Source: a bacterium (lineage in GTDB: Bacteria; CLD3; SB21). From it: a DNA stretch of 43,137 nucleotides. The stretch spans positions 1 through 43,137 of the forward strand of contig JABWCP010000027.1 in assembly GCA_013360215.1 (NCBI GenBank). The letters are read 5' to 3'. The position numbers and the translations under genes were made by a program. Below the pieces are notes generated by a model. That model was not told the origin of the DNA and made no database searches. It saw only the letters and a program-made list of their open reading frames with translations. Shown in pieces: positions 1 to 9,000 of this stretch. Each line of letters begins with the position of its first letter. Position 1 is the stretch's first letter.

Positions 1-3000
1 TCGTATCGTATCCGCTCCGCTATGGGACTCCGCATACGTCACCGCATCACGCAGTGAACCGGCACCGGCATCGTTGGTATTGATGACTAATAGCGGATCA
101 ACCGCAATGGCTAACACGGGCGCCGAAAAAGCCGATGAATGAAAGAAACTGTCCTGTATGGCGGTATAATACATACCCGGTATGGGCGGTACTTTTATAG
201 ACCAATTACCCGACGCATCGGCATAAACTGAGTCGAGATAAATACGGCCTTGATCTGCCGAATCAGCATAAATTTGAATAAGAGCGTTTTTACCTGAATA
301 ACCGCTGACTGTAGAATCAAAATCAACGGACGTGATGACAGGCGCCCATACATTCTGATGTGCACCCGCAACGAGTGAAATACCACCGCCGCCATTGGAA
401 TAAATCTCGTTGGCGAAGAAGTGATCGCTATCCACCTGAAATCCGGTTTGATCGGCGGTAATTCCAAAATTCGTATTATAGGCTATCCGATTTCGGGTTA
501 TTTCGTTGTTGTGCGCAAAGGTCGAAATACCTGCAATAAAGACTCCGTTGCCCGCATTACCCAGCGCAGTGACGCTGTCAATGGCAACGCCAATCAGGTT
601 ATGCAAGACGACATTGTACGCAGATATGCCGGTATTGCCAATAATCGCAATACCGTTACCGCTATTTCCGGAAATTACATTTCCGGAACCAATTTCTCCA
701 ACTTGATTCGCTGAACCGCCGTCAATTTGAATCCCGTCGTTGCCGTTGGGTATAGCCGTGCTACCGGAAAGATCCGTGCCGATCAAATTTCCAATAATCA
801 AATTGCTGTCGGTTCCAACATCCTGAATACGAATTCCCTGATTGAAATTTCCTGACACGATATTTCCGCCGGAACCGGTGTTATTCCCAATAAGAGCGTA
901 TTGAGTCCCGTTTTCAATAACGATACCGATATTATTGGGAAGGGCCACAGCTCCGGTGCGGTCCACACCCACAAAATTCTGAAACACCATCGTTGAGTCC
1001 GCATCGTTTAGAATGATTCCATTGCCGCTATTACCGGCAATCACGTTGGCGGCCGCCCCGGCATTGAGTCCTATCTGATTGTTCACACTGCCGTATACAC
1101 CGATACCGTTACCGGTTCCGAGGCTGATGGTTCCGGTCGAATCGGTGCCTACATAATTACCCGCTACAAGATTGTAATTTGAATTATTCTGAATATAGAT
1201 TTGCACAGGGAAGTCTGCACCCGAACCGTTATTTCCAAAAACATTACGCCCCGCGTCCGTTCCGTCTCCTACGACGTTATAGGAGCTGTTATCCAGTGTA
1301 ACACCAGAACCTGCTCCTCCTCCTGACCAATTGGGCATGGCGGCTAAACCGGTAATATCTGTTCCCACAAAATTTCCCAAAATCGAGGTACCGGAAGAAT
1401 TTTCAACCATGATGCCAGCGCCGTTAAGTACGTTGGAAGAATTATTTGAAATAATATTTCTACCGGCCGGAGTTCCGTCGCCGATCATATTGCCCACGGC
1501 ATTGAGAATATGAATTCCATAATCCTGATTGCCCATCGCAAGCGTCCCACTGGAGTCAGTGCCGATAAGATTTCTGGCCACAATATTGCTATCAGATTGT
1601 ATCAGAACCCCACTGTTCATATTGCCAGAAATGACGTTATATTCAGAAGACAGCGGATCCCCGATTCGGTTGTATTTGGCGCCACTACTGATGACAACCC
1701 CGTGACTGTTTGCACTAGTTGTAACTCCATCGAGCGTACCAATCCAATTGCCAGCAACGACATTTGAGTCTGTTCCCGTATGTTCAATGACTATACCCGG
1801 AGCCTGCCCACTGCCACTGTTACTTGCAATAATAATATTGCGCCCGCTTATCGTACCATCCCCAATTTTGTTTCCCTTCGCACCGTTGATGAGGTGCACC
1901 CCAATATTATTAGCGTAAAGGTAATTGCCTATGATCAGATTATATCTGCCACTATCAATATCGATACCGCTTGCGCCGGTCAAGAATTCAAGAATACCAA
2001 GGTGTTTGATCGTGTTGTAGGATGAAGCTATATAAAGACCAAAGTCAAGAGTGGACCCACCGCTGATGAAAATATCATCGGCTATACCATTTCCGTTGAT
2101 GTCGCCATCGATCACAGTGCCGTTATCCGTCAAATGAGGAAGTTCCGATGCCACATAAATAGTCTGCCCGGAAACTGAAGCGTCAAACCGTATCGTATCC
2201 AGCCCTGCATTGGAATTCGCGAAATTAATAGCATTTCGCAGTGTGCCAAACGAGCCGTCATCCAACACGGAAGTAATCAGCAAAGGATCGCTGAATGTCA
2301 AACTATCCGGTATGCTGAAACCAGACGTCCGCCCGACGCTGCTCTGCAATGCCGTCAGGAATGGCGCCTCACCGCCAAGCAGGGTCACAGGTACGGCAAA
2401 ATTGCCCGCGCCATCAGCAACGCCGGTTCCGATGCGAAGCCGCCCTTGATTCGTGGAATCCACGTAGATTTGAACGAACGCGTTGGGGTCCGACGTTCCG
2501 TGAACCACGGAATCCATACTCATGAAAGAAATCATCGGAGGGGTTATACTGCCATTGGAGCCGGCAACGTAATTCATGCCGCCGAGGTTGTTGCTGTAGA
2601 TACGGTTTCCGTGGGCAATCATACTGTCCGCGCTCGCACTGCCGTCCATTTCGATTCCGTGGAAATTATTGAAGGCAATGGCATTGTCCAACAACAGATT
2701 CCGCCTGGCGCCGAGCAGCGAATAGATCCGAACGCCCATCTGGTTATTGCCAACGGGGGTAACGCCATCAGCACCCACGCCGATATTATTATTAATGATC
2801 GTGTTTTCGTCCGCAAGGCCGCCATTCGAGAATATGAAGATTCCATGATTTGCGTTCCCGGAAATCGTGTTGCCGTTACCGATCGTATTAACGCTTGCAT
2901 TCTGCAATTGGATACCCATCCCAACGTTTGCGAGAGGCGCGTTACCTGAGATGTCCACGCCAATGAAGTTGTCTTCAATCACGTTGGAATCTGACCATAT

Positions 3001-6000
3001 TTCGATGCCGTTGCCTGTATTGCCGGAGATAATGTTTCCGAGACCGGGCTTGCCGATAAAATTCGCGTTAGAACCCGCATCAAAGTAAATTCCGCGTTCG
3101 TTGGGAATCGCCGCTGTGCCGCTGAAATCGGTACCGATCTTATTATCGAAAATTTCTACTTCTTTTGCATAATAGGAAAAACCGGTGTAGCCAAAATTGA
3201 TGGCCAGGGCGCCCGCGCCGCTCCATCCGGAAATAATATTACTATGAATCTTCAGACCACGTCCGTTTTGAATGTAGATACCCGAAAGATGACTTGGGGC
3301 ATAGGTTAGGGGCGCCGATCCAGCCGCATTCGTTCCGATCTTGTTGTCGACAATCTTGGTCGAATCAAGATCATTGGAACTGCCGTAAAAAAATATTCCA
3401 TAACCCCGCGCTGAAATGACGTTGCCTCGTATTTCGTGTTGCCCGCCGCCAGCTGGCGCCAGGATGTCGATGTTGTTCACGTTGCTGTAGAGTGCCGTTC
3501 CGTCGGTACCGATATAATTATAGAGTATTTTCGCCCGGCGTGCCGCATTCGAAATCGTCAGTGCCGCTTCGGAACCCTGCACAAACCGAATGATCGTCAA
3601 ACCCTTGATGGTAATATCGTTTGCGGCAACGCGCACGAATGCTTCGTTGATACCGTTGTTGATCCCGTCGATTACAACGTCGGGAATGTTGTCGGTATTA
3701 TAGTCTCCATTGATAAATAGAGAATCATCGGTAATGTCGGGTAACTGAGAGGCGAGTAAGACGGAATCGACTGATACATTGAAAATGATCGTATCAGGAC
3801 CGGCGTGAGAGTTGGCATAGTCGATTGCGTCGCGCAGTGATCCGCTACCGCCATCCCCTTTTGATGTAACCAAAGTTGTTGTCGGCAAAATGACCGCGTT
3901 TTTGAGAACATAGATTACATTCGCAGTATTGTCGGCGGCGGCAATTTCCATGGTCGCTGTGCCTGAAAAATTTCCTGATGAAAGGATAACACCGCCGTTG
4001 CCCGTGCCGTAGGAAGAACCTGCTACGAAGTTACCGGCGCCATCATTGACGATCGTCTGGACATTCGTGGATCCGTAGTTCACGGCAGCCACGTCCATGT
4101 CGCCATCTCCTTCAAAATCACCCAAAGTTATGGATTGCGGTAATGAACCGACGCCAATTTCGTTGCCGGAGAATCCACCGACGCCGTCATTCAATCTGAT
4201 CCCTACGTTACCGCTGTTCTCATTACAAAAAGCAATATCCATAAGCCCGTCGCCGTTGAAATCGGCCGCACGGATGGCTCTCGGCTGGATCCCGTTGGTC
4301 GTAAAATCTCCGCCGCCGCTGAAGATGCCTGTCCCGTCATTGTAACGTATCGAAAATGTTCCACTGCTGTAGTTCGAAGCGGCGAGATCAAGATCACCGT
4401 CATTGTCAAAATCGGCAACTGTGATGAAGTACGGATTATTCTGAAGATTGATCACACCGCCAAGGCTGAAAACCGTTCCCGTTCCATCGTTAAACCGAAC
4501 TCTCAATTCAGTTCCGCTTTCCGTGGATATGATGTCAACGTCACCGTCACCGTCAAAATCGCCGGCCGCAACGGTCAACTGAGCTACACCCGTGCTGATA
4601 TTGGCAAGCACACCAAAATTGCCGCTTCCGTCGTTGGAGCGAAGGGATATGTCCGAACTGGAATTATTGGCAACCGCAATGTCAACGTCGCCATCGCCGT
4701 CAAAATCAGCAGACGCGATCTCATAAGGTAGACTGCCCACCGCTACGTTTGACAAAACGGTGAAGCCGCCGGAGCCGTCATTAATGGCAATGGAAACATC
4801 GTTCGTCGATTGATTGACAACCGCCATATCCAGACTTCCGTCGTTATTGAAGTCGGCAGCCGCAATGGCTTTTGGAAAAGTTCCCACGACAACGGTATCG
4901 CCCGCGGAAAAGAAACCCGTCGCAAGATTCGTCTGAACATAGAACTGCCATGAATATGGTTTAAGCGTATCGCTGCTTATGGCTAATATACCCCGGGTCA
5001 AAGTGACGGTAACAAGTTCACCGGGAATAAAATCCGTATTGGGGTCAATATTTGCCGTTTGCGCACCGTATCCGTATGTAAAAGTATGATCACCGCTTTG
5101 CGCACCACGAATGAGAATATTTCTCGAATTCAGACTATCCGTTAGAATATCCGATGTGAAATTTACAATAATATTGCTGTTTGCTGGAATAGAAAGCCCA
5201 TTGGCCGATGGTGTGGTCGAGACGATTGACAGCGGAGGCGCCATCGCGCCGGATAAGACATATGTCGGGCCATTGAACAGCGTGAGATTTCGACTATTTG
5301 GTGTTGCGTCGAATGTTGTTGAACCGGCTCCTTCATCAAAATGCCAGTTCGCCAAAAGACCAGCTTCGTCCCCGCGTGATGGGCTAGCCTGAACCGATGC
5401 CATTTCCGCATCCGTCAACCCGCGGTTCCAGATCCGCATTTCATCGATCTGACCTTCAAAATGCAGGCTATTGTATGGATTCACACCGACACCGATGGAG
5501 CCGGATGTAATATTCTGGACATTTCCACTGACTACAGAATCTACAACAACACCATTCTTATAGGCGTAAAGCTGACCATTGCGAAGAACGACCGCCACAT
5601 GCGTCCAGACGTCATTCGTATATGGAATTCCTACAAATATTTGGCTCCCGTCCCATAGATAGGCCCAAATACGGTCCTGGCCGGTATAATCACCGCGCGT
5701 TAATCCGAGATAACCTCCGGCATCAAGGATAATCCCTTGGCCTTCATAGATCGTGGAAATCGACGGAGACGTACCGTTTGGCTTAACCCAGCCGCTGATC
5801 GTGACCGATGACGGGTCAACGCCCAAGTTCTGGTATGACGTAAAGATCGCCGCCTCATCATCAATGCCCTCAAGACTCAGCGCCTGACCGGCACCCGCTA
5901 CCGGAACCGCCGCGTCTTCATTGGAGTAGCCGCTTTCATCGGTAGCATTGATTGCTTTGATACGGAAATAATATAACGTTCCGTTAACAAGTCCCGTAAT

Positions 6001-9000
6001 CGTCTTGTTTGTTCCAACTGAAGAATCCGTCTGTACCATAGGATTGGGATTGACGTCATGATAAATGCGGTATAATGTTGCGCCAGGTGCAGCGCTCCAG
6101 TTCAATTCGACCTGCCCATTTTGAGCTACCGCATATAAACCGCTTGGTGACGGTAGAATCGCATCATTGAATGCAATCGAGACATCATTGGAACCCGCAT
6201 TTGGCGTAATCAGATCGATAGAACCGTCGCCGTCAAGATCCGCTGCGGCAATATCATAAGGCTGTGATCCGACAGAGATCGCTGTGCTTCCTGAAAAATT
6301 GGCCGCGCCGTCGTTATAACGTACAGAAACCGTATTGGCATTCCAATCTGCCGTCGCAAAATCCACATCGCCATCGCCGTCAAGATCACTGGCAACCAGT
6401 GAGTAAGGAAACAGGCCGACCGTCGGTGTTTGACCGCCGAAAAAGTTTCCTGACCCGTCATTCAACACTACCGATGCGTCATTGGACCCGACGTTTGCCG
6501 TCAGAATATCGATATCTCCATCGCCATCCAAATCTGCCGCCTGAATGCCCTGCGGATTGGTTCCAACAGCCGGATCGGATGCAATCGGGAAATTACCCGC
6601 GCCGTCATTCAGACGAACCGATATGCTGTTTGCCCCCACATTGGCCGTCGCAAAATCCATATCGCCGTCGCTGTCAAAATCGCCCGTCGTAATATCATAC
6701 GGCGTTGTTTGGACAGAAACCGTAGCGCCGCCGGTAAAATTTGCCGCGCCGTCGTTGATCAAAACGCTCACATTATTTGAATTCGCGTTCGCCACAACCA
6801 GATCAAGGTCCCCGTCGCCGTCAATATCAGCGGATTGAACAGCATACGGACCGGAGCCTACTGCAACACTTGGTCCTGAAAAATTACCGGCTCCGTCGTT
6901 AAGCAGTGTCGTAACAGTATTACCGCCGGCGTCGGCGGTAACAATATCCATATCGCCGTCATTGTCGAGATCGGCCACATGAGGACCGTACGGATTGGTT
7001 CCAACCGGAACCGTATAACTTGATAAAATTCCGCCGATGCCGTCGTTAAGAATGATCGTGACTTCACTCGGTGAAACATTAGTGGCCACGATATCGATCG
7101 TACCATCCAGGTTAAAATCTGCCGTCGCAACGCCGCCAGGGTTTGTCCCGGCGGCAAGATTTGATGCCGGTAAAGAATAGGACGCCGCGGCAAAGGACGG
7201 CGCGGCCGTAAATTGAAATTGAATATTCCTCAAAATATTTCCGCTGACGGCGACATTTGAAGCGCCAGACATGATCACAGTAACCACTTCACCCGGTTTA
7301 AAATTGGCCGTCGGATCAATCGTCAAAGTATACAAGACATTATCATAAAACAGCGATGTATTCATATAGCCGCTCAGCGAACCAAAAACTTTGGCGTCGA
7401 ATGAACTCATATCTTCAGGATATTCCACCACAATGTTGGCCGTAGGATTGATTCCAACGGTGTTTGGGATCGGAATGACAGAAGTAGGAACGATATAATT
7501 GTTATTTTTTAAGACTGTCGTATTTCCGCTGACCGAACCGTCGACGCGGATTATATCGATGTCGCCGTCATTGTCTACGTCTCCTCCATCGATTGACCAT
7601 GCAGGCCCTGGCCCGACGAACGCGTTATAAGAACCCGAAAAGTTGGCGGACCCGTCATTAATGCGAATCGAAACTGTAGTTGCCCCGCCTGTATTTCCGG
7701 CCGCGATGTCCACATCGCCGTCGCCGTCAAGATCACCGAGAAATACTGAGCGTGGAGAAACCAGACCGCTAATGTCGGAACCACCGGAAAAAACACCTGT
7801 GCCGTCGTTGAGGCGGACGGATATATCGCTTCCGCCCTCGTTGGCCGTGACCAGATCTAGATCGGTATCGGCGTCCAGATCAGCCAGTCTGACCATGACC
7901 GGACCAAAACTTACAGAAGAAGTCCCTCCGGAAGAAAAACCCGCCGCGCCGTCGTTGAGCAAAATGGATACTGTGTTGTCGTTATAATTCGACGCAAGCA
8001 GGTCAATGTCCCCATCGCTGTCAACATCTCCTCCCGTTACGCCGACCGCAAGATTTCCCACCGCCACATCGGTAGTTCCGGAAAAATTACCTGCGCCGTC
8101 GTTGAGACGGATCGACACGTTATTCGATCCGCTGTTGGCCGTGACAAAATCAACATCGCCGTCGCCGTCAAAGTCCGCTGCAAAAACAGATTGGCCGTTT
8201 CCTCCGATCGCAAAATTATTTGGGCCTGAAAAACTACCTAAACCATTATTGATATAGGACGCTACAAAACCGGAGGAAGCTATTAATAGGTCCAAATCAC
8301 CGTCATTGTCAATATCGGCGGCTGTCACGGCTCTTGAATTTGTTCCGGATGAAAGATCAGTACTGCCGGAAAAATTGCCTGTTCCATCATTGAACCGAAT
8401 CGAGACAGTTCCATCGACATCATTGGCCGCAGCCATATCAAGATCACCGTCCCCGTCCAGATCGGCCAGACTGACTCCGAACGGAGTGGAGCCGACCGTT
8501 GCTCCGGGCAGCGTGGTGAAAGTTCCCGTCGCAGGGAAAGCACCAACGGTAAATTGCCAGGAATAGGGGTTGAGCGTATCCGTGTTGGTAGCGATGATAC
8601 CGTCGGTGAGTGTGACCGTTACTACTTCACCAAATTTGAAATCGGTATCGGGATCGATGGATAAGCTGGCTTCGTAAAAGTAATTAGCCGTATGTAACCC
8701 GCTGTGGGAACCGCGGATCTTGATCGTGGCATTATTTAAAGTGGCCACATTGATATCTTGAGGAAAATTGACGAAGATATTCGATGAAATGCCTACATTA
8801 CCCTGATTTTGCAGCGGAGTTACGGATGTAACATTGAAATAACCGGGAGCATTTATTAGGATCGAAACATCATTTGAAACGCTGTTCGCGGTTGCAAGAT
8901 CCATATCCCCATCCCCGTCAAAGTCCGCCGCATAGACGGAAAGGGGACTCCACCCCACCGCGACATCGGTAGTTCCTGAGAAATTGCCTGCGCCGTCATT